From NCBI GenBank assembly GCA_029555025.1, contig JAKPTZ010000115.1, positions 24,898 to 88,897 of the forward strand: DNA of 64,000 bases. The letters are read 5' to 3'. The notes beneath the pieces are model-generated. The model saw nothing but the letters and a program-made list of their open reading frames with translations. It was not told the DNA's origin and did not search any database. This DNA is from Deltaproteobacteria bacterium. GTDB lineage: Bacteria > Myxococcota_A > UBA9042 > DTJE01. The first letter of the stretch is position 1. Each line of letters opens with the position of its first letter. A program made the position numbers and the translations under genes. Positions 33,835-42,964 of this stretch are shown here, piece after piece.

Positions 33835-36567
33835 ATGAAGCGTTTTCAATATGTCATCTGTCTGACCTTTGCGGTGTCTGGATTTGCCGGCTGCGGTGGC
33901 GGCAATCAGATTGGCGACGTGGTCGGGGATGTTCCGGACGAGGATAGGATTGTCGAGTTGGACGTCACGCATGACGAAGGTCAGCCTGACGAAGGCAGGG
34001 ACATCGGAAGGGACGAAGGCGAGCCTGGCGATTCCGTGGATGACCGCTTCGTGGATGATTCCGACGTAAACGGCGATATCGACGACATCGACGGCGGTGA
34101 CGAGTCCGGGGGCGATACCCCTGAAACGGACGGGTGCCCCGGCGAGACGTGCGAGCCGTGCCCGGACGACGGCCTGTTCTGCACCGAGGAGTATCGCGAT
34201 TCGCTGGGCGAATGCCAGATTCGCGTGAAGCCCGAATTCTGCATGATTGGCGGCGAATGCCTTTTCGAGAACCAGCCTTCCCCCGATGACATGTGCCTGG
34301 CTTGCAGGCCGGCCGTCAGCGGTTCCGAGTATTCCCCCGCGGAAGGGATGCCGTGCGACGACGCGGATCCGTGCACTGCCGGCGACACCTGCGATGCGGA
34401 CGGCATTTGCCAGCCGGGCGCCGGTTTCGGATGCGATGACGACAACGAGTGCACCATCGACCGTTGCGACCCCAATTTCGGATGCACGAACACCCCGCGG
34501 GCTTCCACGTGCGACGACCACGATTCGTGCACGTACCAGGATCAGTGCAATGTCCAGACCGGCGTCTGCAAGGGTTTCCCGGTCAACTGCAACGATGGTA
34601 ACGAATGCACCCGTGACTATTGCGATTCGTTCGACGGTTGTCAGCACGAGCCCATTTCGAAGGCTTGCAACGACTTCGACGGGTGCACCTTGAATGATAT
34701 GTGCAATGAAGACGGCGTCTGCCAGGGCACTCCGATGGACTGTTCGGACGGTATTGAATGCACCGTCGATTCCTGCATGTCCGGCGTCTGCCTGAACGAC
34801 TGGCATTACGGCCCGTGCAACGACGGCGACATGTGCACGGATAACGACTTCTGCAATGGTTATCACGAGTGTGCCGGCATCCCGAAGACATCATGCGACG
34901 ATTACAACGTCTGCACCACGGACTACTGCGACCCGGCGGTCGGATGCGTGAACGAATTCAATACGGTCGAGTGCGAGCCCGATTCGGCATGCGAGATAAA
35001 CGGCGTGTGCGCCGGCGGCGTGTGCGTCGGCCAGCCAAGGAACTGTGACAAGGGCAATCCGTGCATGATCTATTCGTGCAATCCGGACACGGGCTGCAAG
35101 GAAATTCCGACAACCGGCGTGTGTGACGACCACAACGCATGCACCATCAACGAAAATTGTTCGACCGGAGCATGCATTCCGCCTGAAGGGCCGGCCGGCG
35201 TCACGAACTGCGACGACTTGAACGACTGCACCGTTGACAACTGCGTTCCGGCCGTCGGTTGCGTGCATACCCCGCAGGAAGGCGAATGCCAGGATCCGAA
35301 TCCGTGCAGCCTGACCGGAACCGGTTTCTGCAGGAACGGCGAGTGCATTTCGAACGTCAGGGACTGCGATGACAACCAGCCGTGCACGCTCGACACGTGC
35401 GACGGCGCGGGCAACTGCATCCATCCGCCGATTTCGGGATTCTGCGATGACGGCAATCATTGCACGTTCGACGAGGTCTGCATCGGCGGCGACTGCATCG
35501 AGGGAAAGAAGGTAGATTGCAACGACTCAAACGTATGCACGCTGGACGAATGCAACCCGGATTACGGATGTGTCTATACGCCGACCGGCGGTTCGTGTTC
35601 CGACGGTGACGTCTGCACCATCAACGACGGGTGCGCAAACGGCACCTGCGTCGGGACGGTCAGGGCATGCGAGGACTACAACGTCTGCACCGACAACGGC
35701 TGCAACAAGACTTCGGGATGCTTCTTCACGCCGAATTCGGTGGAATGCGACGACTTCAACATCTGCACATTCGACGACATCTGCGGCGCCGGTGAATGTC
35801 ACGGCGTGTCGGTGTTCGAGGATCCGGCGACCAAGGCCGCGACTTTGACTTATGGCGTCAACGGCAATCTCGGCCAGGGCGTCGATGTTGATGACGACCC
35901 GTCCACATGCGCGCCGAAGGGCAGTTGCGTCCAGGGTATCGACAACGCGTTTTCCAGGCTGCACTGGCTGTTCAACACCGAGATGTTGAACGCGTCGTCG
36001 GACGGCTCGTGGTCGCTGCTGCTGGAACACGACGGGTTGAAGGTGAACGGCACTGCGTATAACCTGAACCTTTACTGGGGCGCCAGGATTGACCCGGTGA
36101 CCTGTGACCCGACGACTTCCGGATGCAACTACGGCGTCTATACGTCGTCGTTGTCGCCAACCTGCGGGCCGCTTGACGTGTTCGACAACGCGGTGATCAA
36201 CGGCACGAAGCTGAAGGCGGGGGGTGCCACTTACGAAGTCCCGGTCAGCATCGTCTTCGGCGACACCAGGCGCGAACTGGTGCTTTACCGGGCCAAGGTC
36301 ACTGCCAACGTGTCGCTTGCGGGCGGCAAGGTCGTTGGCGGGGCCGGCGCGCTTGGCGGGGCATTCGTTGTCCAGCAGTTGGTCGAAGCGCTTGAATCGA
36401 TGCCGGAAAGCGCGTTCCTGCCGCGTTACAACAAGGAAATCATTCTTGCGTATATCGACATATACCTGAAGCCGGACATCGATCTTGACGGTGACGGAAC
36501 CGATGAGTCGGTTTCCGTCGGAATGCCGTTTTCGATTGTGACAGGTCACCTCATTGGCCCGATTTAA
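33835..36567 (+). CDS. lipoprotein with ~20 tandem 4-Cys modules (Myxococcus-type cysteine-rich repeat) and an unrelated ~290-aa C-terminal domain
   Basis: 910 aa with lipobox AVSGFAGCGGG and an acidic linker. Repeated CxDxNxCTxDxCxxxxGCxxxP modules alternate with CxDxxxCTxxDxCxxGxCxG modules, for example CDDDNECTIDRCDPNFGCTNTP and CDDHDSCTYQDQCNVQTGVCKGFP. Confidence 0.85.
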   Translation: MKRFQYVICLTFAVSGFAGCGGGNQIGDVVGDVPDEDRIVELDVTHDEGQPDEGRDIGRDEGEPGDSVDDRFVDDSDVNGDIDDIDGGDESGGDTPETDGCPGETCEPCPDDGLFCTEEYRDSLGECQIRVKPEFCMIGGECLFENQPSPDDMCLACRPAVSGSEYSPAEGMPCDDADPCTAGDTCDADGICQPGAGFGCDDDNECTIDRCDPNFGCTNTPRASTCDDHDSCTYQDQCNVQTGVCKGFPVNCNDGNECTRDYCDSFDGCQHEPISKACNDFDGCTLNDMCNEDGVCQGTPMDCSDGIECTVDSCMSGVCLNDWHYGPCNDGDMCTDNDFCNGYHECAGIPKTSCDDYNVCTTDYCDPAVGCVNEFNTVECEPDSACEINGVCAGGVCVGQPRNCDKGNPCMIYSCNPDTGCKEIPTTGVCDDHNACTINENCSTGACIPPEGPAGVTNCDDLNDCTVDNCVPAVGCVHTPQEGECQDPNPCSLTGTGFCRNGECISNVRDCDDNQPCTLDTCDGAGNCIHPPISGFCDDGNHCTFDEVCIGGDCIEGKKVDCNDSNVCTLDECNPDYGCVYTPTGGSCSDGDVCTINDGCANGTCVGTVRACEDYNVCTDNGCNKTSGCFFTPNSVECDDFNICTFDDICGAGECHGVSVFEDPATKAATLTYGVNGNLGQGVDVDDDPSTCAPKGSCVQGIDNAFSRLHWLFNTEMLNASSDGSWSLLLEHDGLKVNGTAYNLNLYWGARIDPVTCDPTTSGCNYGVYTSSLSPTCGPLDVFDNAVINGTKLKAGGATYEVPVSIVFGDTRRELVLYRAKVTANVSLAGGKVVGGAGALGGAFVVQQLVEALESMPESAFLPRYNKEIILAYIDIYLKPDIDLDGDGTDESVSVGMPFSIVTGHLIGPI

Positions 36568-37201
36568 GTTTCGGCGCAAGCCGTCAGTGGGGGTTGCATT
36601 GCGAGTCCAGAACGGATCAATCCTGGCTGTTCTGCCTTTGCTGGCGGTCATCGGGGCGTCGTGCGGCGGCAGTTCGGACGCCGATCTTGTCGAGGCTGCC
36701 TTTCTGGAGTTCCAGACCGGGCTTGCCGAGGCCAAGGGCGACGTACTCTGGGGCATCGTCGATGATTCCACCAGGACTTACTTCGAGGAACTGGCCAAGT
36801 CGATTCGCGAAACCTGTCGTCTTGTATCCGAGGCCTACCCTTCGGACGATCGCGCGGCAACGCTGCGATCCGTCGGCGGGGACATCCTGGCGTCGGCACG
36901 GGATGGAAAATCCCTGTTTGTTTATATGCTTGACGCGAGAAGGCTGGTTCCACCGAAGGATCCAGATTCCGCGAAGGTCCTGGAGATCAAGTTGAACGGC
37001 CGGGATGCGACCGTTGTGACCAGATCCGGCGAGGTCGTCGCATTTGCCAGGAACGCCGACGGCAAGTGGGGAACCAGGATGTTCCTGGAGGCCTTCCGGG
37101 AACTGCCGGCGATTGCCACGCTTAAGGACAACATACGGACGGCCCACGAGAACTGCCGGATGCTTGGAATCGACGTTGACGCTTACGTCACCGGCAAATG
37201 A
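36554..37201 (+). CDS. hypothetical lipoprotein
   Basis: 215-aa ORF starting at a TTG that overlaps the end of the previous gene; a later start is possible. Lipobox LLAVIGASCGG. No family recognised. Confidence 0.6.
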   Translation: MARFKFRRKPSVGVALRVQNGSILAVLPLLAVIGASCGGSSDADLVEAAFLEFQTGLAEAKGDVLWGIVDDSTRTYFEELAKSIRETCRLVSEAYPSDDRAATLRSVGGDILASARDGKSLFVYMLDARRLVPPKDPDSAKVLEIKLNGRDATVVTRSGEVVAFARNADGKWGTRMFLEAFRELPAIATLKDNIRTAHENCRMLGIDVDAYVTGK

Positions 37202-37231
37202 CGTCACGTCGCGTCGGGGCGGTATATCCAG

Positions 37232-38146
37232 TTGCAAAAGCCTTCATGCCTGCGACAGGGCGACACCGTAAGAATCATCGCCCCGGCTTCCCCCTTTTCA
37301 CGCCAGAAGTTCATGGCCGGTGTCACGATTCTTCGCGAGCTTGGGTTGAAGCCGGTCTGGCGTGACGACATCTTTTCTTCCTGCGATTATCTGGCCGGGG
37401 ACGATGCCCGTCGCGCCGGTGAAATGGTTCAGGCCTTTCGCGACCCTGACAGCGCCGCGGTCTTCCCTGCCCGGGGCGGGTTCGGGTGTGCCAGGACGTG
37501 CATCGCGATCGGAAACGAAGTCGAATTGCCGCCAAAACTGCTGGTCGGGTTTTCGGACATCACCGCGCTTCATGCATTTTTTGGTCGCAAGGGTGTTGTC
37601 ACCATTCATGGCCCGAACGTCACGACGCTGCCTTCGATGGAACCGGACACGCTTGAGCAGTATCGCAGAACCATCTTCGGCCTGGATCGTGGAAGGGATC
37701 AGGCATGGGACGGGCTTCGCCCCGTTACCCCGGGCAGGGCCGCGGGCAGCGTGCTTGCGGCGAATCTCACCGTTCTCGTTTCCCTGGCCGGGACGTCGCT
37801 TATGCCTGACCTTCGAGGCAGGATCCTGGTGCTGGAAGACCTGAACGAAAAGCCGTACAGGCTTGACAGGATGCTGTTCCAGCTTTCCCTTCAGCCGGGC
37901 TTCGGTCAGGTCGCCGCCGTCGTTTTCGGCGATTTCATGCTGGAAGGCGACGATATCCCCCTGTTTGAAAGGACGGTGGCAGGATTTGCGGGCAGGTGGG
38001 GCGTCCCCGTGGTGACCGGCTTCCCGCTGGGTCACGGGCGGGCCAACGACTGTATCGGGGAAGGTGTCGATGCCGAGCTCGACGCCGCCGACGGCCGGCT
38101 GGTTGCCCGGGCGCCGGTCAGCCCCCGGGGGCCGGTGAATTCATGA
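37232..38146 (+). CDS. ldcA: LD-carboxypeptidase (peptidase S66, muramoyltetrapeptide carboxypeptidase-like)
   Basis: 304 aa with GDTVRIIAPASP, DYLAGDDARRAGEM, the nucleophile context VGFSDITALH and a C-terminal GHG. Confidence 0.85.
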   Translation: MQKPSCLRQGDTVRIIAPASPFSRQKFMAGVTILRELGLKPVWRDDIFSSCDYLAGDDARRAGEMVQAFRDPDSAAVFPARGGFGCARTCIAIGNEVELPPKLLVGFSDITALHAFFGRKGVVTIHGPNVTTLPSMEPDTLEQYRRTIFGLDRGRDQAWDGLRPVTPGRAAGSVLAANLTVLVSLAGTSLMPDLRGRILVLEDLNEKPYRLDRMLFQLSLQPGFGQVAAVVFGDFMLEGDDIPLFERTVAGFAGRWGVPVVTGFPLGHGRANDCIGEGVDAELDAADGRLVARAPVSPRGPVNS

Positions 38147-39285
38147 AGTTCGACGAAGTCGCGACGATACTTCAGTCGTTCACTGGTGTCGCTTGTCCGG
38201 GATATGCCTTCGAGGCCAGGCGGAACGGTGACGTCCTGGCCCGCATCTGCGGCGGCTTTTCGGCTGGCATCGGGTGTGGCGGGCGCAAGCCTGTTGACGA
38301 GGAAACGGTTTTCGACCTGGCGTCCCTGACCAAGCCCCTTTCGACGGCGCTGCTTGTGGCGATTCTTTGCGATCGCGATGCAGTCGTTCTTTCGACCACG
38401 CTTGACGACTTTTTCGGCGCGGATGACCTGGGCCACCAGTTGTCAGCCGGACAGATGTCGGCATGGCGGTCATGCGACGTTTCGGCCCTTCTGGGCCATC
38501 GTGCCGGATTCGTTCCATGGCTTCCTTTCGCGCGTGAACTTTCGGCCAGCCTGGGCATTTCGGCGGCTGGAAGTCCGCAGGCCGAGTCGGGCGTTATTCG
38601 GATGGCCCTGGACTCGCTGCCGGTGGAACCGTCCGATCGTATCGTCTATAGCGATGTCGGTTATATCCTGCTGGGCATGATCCTTGGCAGGGTCAGCGGC
38701 CGAAAAATCGCCGGGCTCTTTCATGACCTTGTGGCCGGGGAACTGGGGCTTGGTTCAACCGGATTCAGGCCGATTGTTCCCGTTGTCGGTTCGGTCCCGT
38801 CCGATGCCCGGTTTGCGGCAACAGCCTGGTGCGGAATGCGGGGGCGGATCCTGCAGGGCGAGGTGCATGACGACAATGCCTGGTTCCTTGGCGGCGCGGC
38901 CGGCCATGCCGGACTGTTTTCGACGATTTTCGGGACCGCATCGTTGGTCGATGAATGGATTAAGGCCATTCAGGGGCGATCCGCAATCCTTGGCAGGGAC
39001 ACGGCAAGACGGTTCGTGTTCGATGATTTCGGGCCTCGGGACGCGCTTCGCACACCCGGTTTCGACAGGCCGGCGGCCATCGGATCGAACGCGGGCGACC
39101 ATGCCCCGGCAGGCACCGTCGGTCACCTTGGATTCACGGGGACCTCTTTCTGGTTTGATCGAGATTCCGGCTTGTCGATTACCCTTCTTACGAACCGGGT
39201 AAACCCGGAAATGCATGGGCGCAAGGATGAAATCAAGGCCATGCGCAGGGCCGTCTATGATGCGGCCTGGAAGGCGCTTGCGTGA
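38143..39285 (+). CDS. serine hydrolase, beta-lactamase/PBP4-like family
   Basis: ORF 37996..39285. Start preferred at 38143 (MKFDEV), which makes an ATGA overlap with the ldcA stop. SxxK motif DLASLTKPL, YSDVGYILLG and HLGFTGTSFWFD. Confidence 0.8.
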   Translation: MKFDEVATILQSFTGVACPGYAFEARRNGDVLARICGGFSAGIGCGGRKPVDEETVFDLASLTKPLSTALLVAILCDRDAVVLSTTLDDFFGADDLGHQLSAGQMSAWRSCDVSALLGHRAGFVPWLPFARELSASLGISAAGSPQAESGVIRMALDSLPVEPSDRIVYSDVGYILLGMILGRVSGRKIAGLFHDLVAGELGLGSTGFRPIVPVVGSVPSDARFAATAWCGMRGRILQGEVHDDNAWFLGGAAGHAGLFSTIFGTASLVDEWIKAIQGRSAILGRDTARRFVFDDFGPRDALRTPGFDRPAAIGSNAGDHAPAGTVGHLGFTGTSFWFDRDSGLSITLLTNRVNPEMHGRKDEIKAMRRAVYDAAWKALA

Positions 39286-40853
39286 TCTGAAACGGCGTTT
39301 TTCCCCGTGGCCCCAAGTCCCCTGAATATCTGGCCGGAAAGGCCGCGTCCCGTTGTCGAGAGCGTGCGATAGACGATATTCGGTGCAAGCACCGATGTGA
39401 ATCTTGCCCCGGCCCTTTTCAGGGCGTGACCGTCCCTTCCTCCGGCGCGGGCGTACCTTGCGGCGCGCCGAACGATCGCAAGCGGCGAATAAATCTGCGA
39501 AATCATGCGTGAGTACGCGGTCTCCAGATCCAGCGCGTTCAGTCGATCCGGCTTGATGACGACGTGCGTGATGTCATAAAGCGACCAGTCGTCGCAAAGA
39601 ATGCGTTCGTCCCGATGAAGCTGGTAAAAAAGCGGTGTTCCGGGATAAGGGGTAAGGACGCTGACCTGTGGAATATCGACATGCCGCTCGATGAAGTCCA
39701 GGGTCGGCTGGAAGGTCTCGGGGCCATGTCCGTCAAGGCCCATTATGAAGCAGCCGATATTCGATATCCCGTGGTCGTGCAGAACTTCAAGCGATCTTGC
39801 GTAAGTATCTGATTTCATGCTCGCCTTTCCAAGTCGTCCCAGGCCTGCCGGGCTCACCGTCTCAAGGCCGACAAGAAGGGTGTGACAACCGGACTCGGCC
39901 ATCATCGCAACAAGGCCGGGATCCTGGCCGACCGTGATTTCCCCCTGTCCGACCCACGTGATTCCAAGAGGCTTCAGGGCCAGAAAAAGGCTGCGCGCAT
40001 ATCGGGTGTCCCGGATGCCGTTTCTGTGGTCGCTGTCCGAGACGATGTTGTTGTCGGTGAAGAACACGGTCTGGTCGGGGCCGATGACTCCATTTGCCTT
40101 CAGCGTCCGGATTTCGTCCGCAATTTCGGCCACCGGCCGGTGGCGCCTTGCCGCGCCCTGGAACCTGGTCGTCGAGCAGAAAGCGCATGCGTTCCTGCAG
40201 CCGCGACTTGTCTGCACCGGCACGACCCACTGGGCGTATGGAACCGCTTTTCCCGTCCGCCTGGTTCTTCCCGGACCTTTCACAAGGGGGGTAACCCCGA
40301 GTTCCCACGCCGGAACCGGCAGCCCTTCAAGCGTGGTTCCGTGCCCACCGTCATAGATTGGTGCAGGCGTTCCGGAGTCGTAGTCGTCAAGCATCCGGCC
40401 AAGGATCGTCTCGGCTTCCCCCCGTGCCACAGAGTCCGCGTGGGCAAGGCATTCTTCCGGCATGACCGAAGGGTGGATGCCGCCCATGACCACCTTCACG
40501 CCAAAGTGCCTTGCACGATCGGCGACACGGAAAGTCGCCGGTGCGTTCGATGTCGAAACGGTGAACATCGCCATATCGACGTCCCAGTTCCAGCCGGAAA
40601 AGCCTGCCTCCGGTTCGTCGACAAGGATGTACTCGCGCCTGATTCCCCGGGCGGCATCGGCCTTGCCGCACAGTGCTGCAATGTATGGAAGCGCCATTGC
40701 CGGCATGTACGTCCGGCCTTTTCCGGCCTTGACCAGCCTTCCGATGCGCGAAAGCCCGAGAACGGGCGACAGCGCCGTTACAAGCGCCGACGGCGCGAAT
40801 TCAACGTCCTGGCTGCCCCTGACCCTTACGATTGCGATTTTTTTCAATTTCAT
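39255..40853 (-). CDS. B12-binding-domain radical SAM protein (class B)
   Basis: ORF 39255..40901; start preferred at 40853 (MKLKKIAIV). N-terminal cobalamin-binding-like domain (VVMGGIHPS). Radical SAM cluster motif SRGCRNACAFCS. C-terminal DDWSLYDITHVVIKP tail. Confidence 0.85.
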   Translation of the reverse strand: MKLKKIAIVRVRGSQDVEFAPSALVTALSPVLGLSRIGRLVKAGKGRTYMPAMALPYIAALCGKADAARGIRREYILVDEPEAGFSGWNWDVDMAMFTVSTSNAPATFRVADRARHFGVKVVMGGIHPSVMPEECLAHADSVARGEAETILGRMLDDYDSGTPAPIYDGGHGTTLEGLPVPAWELGVTPLVKGPGRTRRTGKAVPYAQWVVPVQTSRGCRNACAFCSTTRFQGAARRHRPVAEIADEIRTLKANGVIGPDQTVFFTDNNIVSDSDHRNGIRDTRYARSLFLALKPLGITWVGQGEITVGQDPGLVAMMAESGCHTLLVGLETVSPAGLGRLGKASMKSDTYARSLEVLHDHGISNIGCFIMGLDGHGPETFQPTLDFIERHVDIPQVSVLTPYPGTPLFYQLHRDERILCDDWSLYDITHVVIKPDRLNALDLETAYSRMISQIYSPLAIVRRAARYARAGGRDGHALKRAGARFTSVLAPNIVYRTLSTTGRGLSGQIFRGLGATGKNAVSDHASAFQAAS

Positions 40854-40996
40854 GATGACATCCCCTGTGCGTGGTGGTCCTTGCCGCCACGACCGCGTCA
40901 ATGGCGGTCGAGTCCATGTACAGAGTCTGGATCTTCGATGTCATCGACGTGTCACGGGATGTCCGGATTGTGCGCGATGGCGGACGGATCCGCGGC

Positions 40997-41707
40997 TTAT
41001 GGCCTGCCGCCGGGCCTGAACATGTATCCGGCACCGAATACCGTCACGAAGAATTCAGGGTCGGTCGGGTCGGTTTCAAGGCTGGCCCTGATTGCCCGGA
41101 TGAAGTTATCGACGGTCCGTTCGGTTCCCTCGTAGTCCCATCCCCAGACCGCCTTCAGGATCTGGTCCCTTGAAAAGACGTGATCGGGATGGGTTGCCAG
41201 GAACATCGCGAGATCGAATTCCCTGGCCGACATTTCCTTCGGGATTCCAGCCTTCTGCGCGGTTCGCGACGCGGGATCAAGCACGACGTCCTTGAATGTC
41301 ACAGGTCTTGCCGCGTGTTCGGCGCGTTCCAGTCGAAGGCGCCGCAGCAGGGCGTTGACCCGGGCCACAAGCTCCCGAACCGAGAACGGCTTCGTCATGT
41401 AATCGTCGGCGCCCAGGCCAAGTCCGCGCACCTTGTCTTCGTCGGTTCCCCTGGCGGTCAGCATCATGATCCGGAGTTCAAGGCCGGCGCGCCTGATTTC
41501 TGCCAGGACGTCGAATCCGTTCATTCCCGGAAGACCCACGTCAAGGATCACAAGATCGGGACGTTCGCTGAAGGCAAGGGTCAGGCCCTTGTCACCGTCC
41601 CGGGCGATCAGCACGTCGAAGCCTTCGTACTTCAGGTTGTGGACAAGGCCCATCGCCAGCGATGCGTCGTCCTCGATAACCAGGATCTTTTCAAGTTGCG
41701 GTTTCAT
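40997..41707 (-). CDS. OmpR/PhoB-family response regulator
   Basis: 236 aa. REC domain (ILVIEDDASL...LVILDVGLPGMNG...TARG). Winged-helix output domain (REFDLAMFLATHPDHVFSRDQIL...VFGAGYMF). 4-nt overlap with the kinase gene. Confidence 0.92.
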   Translation of the reverse strand: MKPQLEKILVIEDDASLAMGLVHNLKYEGFDVLIARDGDKGLTLAFSERPDLVILDVGLPGMNGFDVLAEIRRAGLELRIMMLTARGTDEDKVRGLGLGADDYMTKPFSVRELVARVNALLRRLRLERAEHAARPVTFKDVVLDPASRTAQKAGIPKEMSAREFDLAMFLATHPDHVFSRDQILKAVWGWDYEGTERTVDNFIRAIRASLETDPTDPEFFVTVFGAGYMFRPGGRP

Positions 41708-42768
41708 TCATGTTCACCGTGGCCCTGGCAAGCAGCGGTTTCGCCGCTGTCGGCCTGGTGCGCCGGAAGCGTCAACCTGAAGGTTGCCCCGCCCCCCGGA
41801 GTGTCTTCAACGGTCACAATCCCGCCGGACGCCCGGGCGAATCCGCGAACTATCGACAGGCCGAGCCCCAGTCCGGGAACGTCGGTCTGGCTTGCGGCCT
41901 TTCCGCGGCAGAAGCGGTCGAAAATCATGCTGGTCTCGTCAGACGCCACCCCGGGGCCCTGGTCGGCAACCGAAATGACGACCTCGCCGAACGGCGCAAG
42001 GACTTCGTGAAGCCGGACACCGGGAAAGAAAACCTCGATTCCGACGCGCACCGGCTTTTCGTGATTCGCCCGTCCGTGCGTAAGGGCATTTGAGACCATG
42101 TTGACGACTGCCCCGGCAAACGCGTCGAAATCGACCGATACGTTGTCATTGCATGGGCCTTTGATGTCATGCGCCGCAAGAAGGACGACCGAATCCCTTG
42201 TGGCCGGGGACGCCAGGATTCCGGCCAGCGCGTTTTTGACAAGTTCCGATGCGCACCCGCTTGTCGCCGCGTTGGGGGCGGCCTTTCCCGATTCCCGGTC
42301 CGCCGACAGTTCGTAACCGACCGCCTTTTCCACCAGCGACGAAAGACGGCGCGATTCGATCTCCAGCATCTGCAGAAATTCGCGGCGTTCGTCTTCCGAA
42401 TGGAACCTTTCGTCCCTCAGGGTTTCGATGCCCATCCGGATGGATGCCATCGGGGTGCGCAGTTCATGGCTGACGAACGCGATGAAGTCGGCCTGGGCCC
42501 GCGCCATCCTGTTCTGACGAAGAAGAAGCCCCAGGCTGGTGAACGTGCCGGCGATGACGGCAAGACCCATCACGATGACAAGGACGCCAAGCGCGATGTC
42601 CCCGGCCTGGCGCCAGAACACAAGGACAAGTATGCCTGCCACCGCGGATCCGGCGGCTGGAAGCAGCACGGATCCGAAAAGCAGCCACGGAATCGCCCTT
42701 ATGACGGCAGCCCTGAAAGCACCGGCCATGCCATACCCCCGCCAGCAATCATCCCGCACCGATGTCAT
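41704..42768 (-). CDS. sensor histidine kinase
   Basis: 354 aa with two N-terminal TM segments. H-box FIAFVSHELRTPMASI. HATPase motifs NALTHG, DQGPGV and GLGLSIV. Confidence 0.88.
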   Translation of the reverse strand: MTSVRDDCWRGYGMAGAFRAAVIRAIPWLLFGSVLLPAAGSAVAGILVLVFWRQAGDIALGVLVIVMGLAVIAGTFTSLGLLLRQNRMARAQADFIAFVSHELRTPMASIRMGIETLRDERFHSEDERREFLQMLEIESRRLSSLVEKAVGYELSADRESGKAAPNAATSGCASELVKNALAGILASPATRDSVVLLAAHDIKGPCNDNVSVDFDAFAGAVVNMVSNALTHGRANHEKPVRVGIEVFFPGVRLHEVLAPFGEVVISVADQGPGVASDETSMIFDRFCRGKAASQTDVPGLGLGLSIVRGFARASGGIVTVEDTPGGGATFRLTLPAHQADSGETAACQGHGEHE

Positions 42769-42838
42769 GCAATTGTAACCGGGCCGGCGGAAATGCCGTA
42801 GTGCGGAGCTTCAGGGATTGGGGCAGGAGTGCTGAACC

Positions 42839-42942
42839 GCTGCGGGCGGATGTAATCCGCCCATACAGGGACAGTCGTGCCAGGCGCTGCGGGCGGATGT
42901 AATCCGCCCATACAAGGCGTACGGGCGAATGAAAATTCGCCC
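42839..42942. repeat. intergenic hairpin repeats: 29-nt direct repeat x2 (47-nt period), each containing a GGGCGGA/TCCGCCC stem, plus a third hairpin GGGCGAAT-GAAA-ATTCGCCC
   Basis: gctgcgggcggatgtaatccgcccataca occurs at 42839-42867 and again at 42886-42914. The third stem-loop is at 42923-42942. The repeats lie between the divergent kinase and CNNM genes. Confidence 0.6.
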
Positions 42943-42964
42943 GGGGCGGTGACGTTGACCGCTG

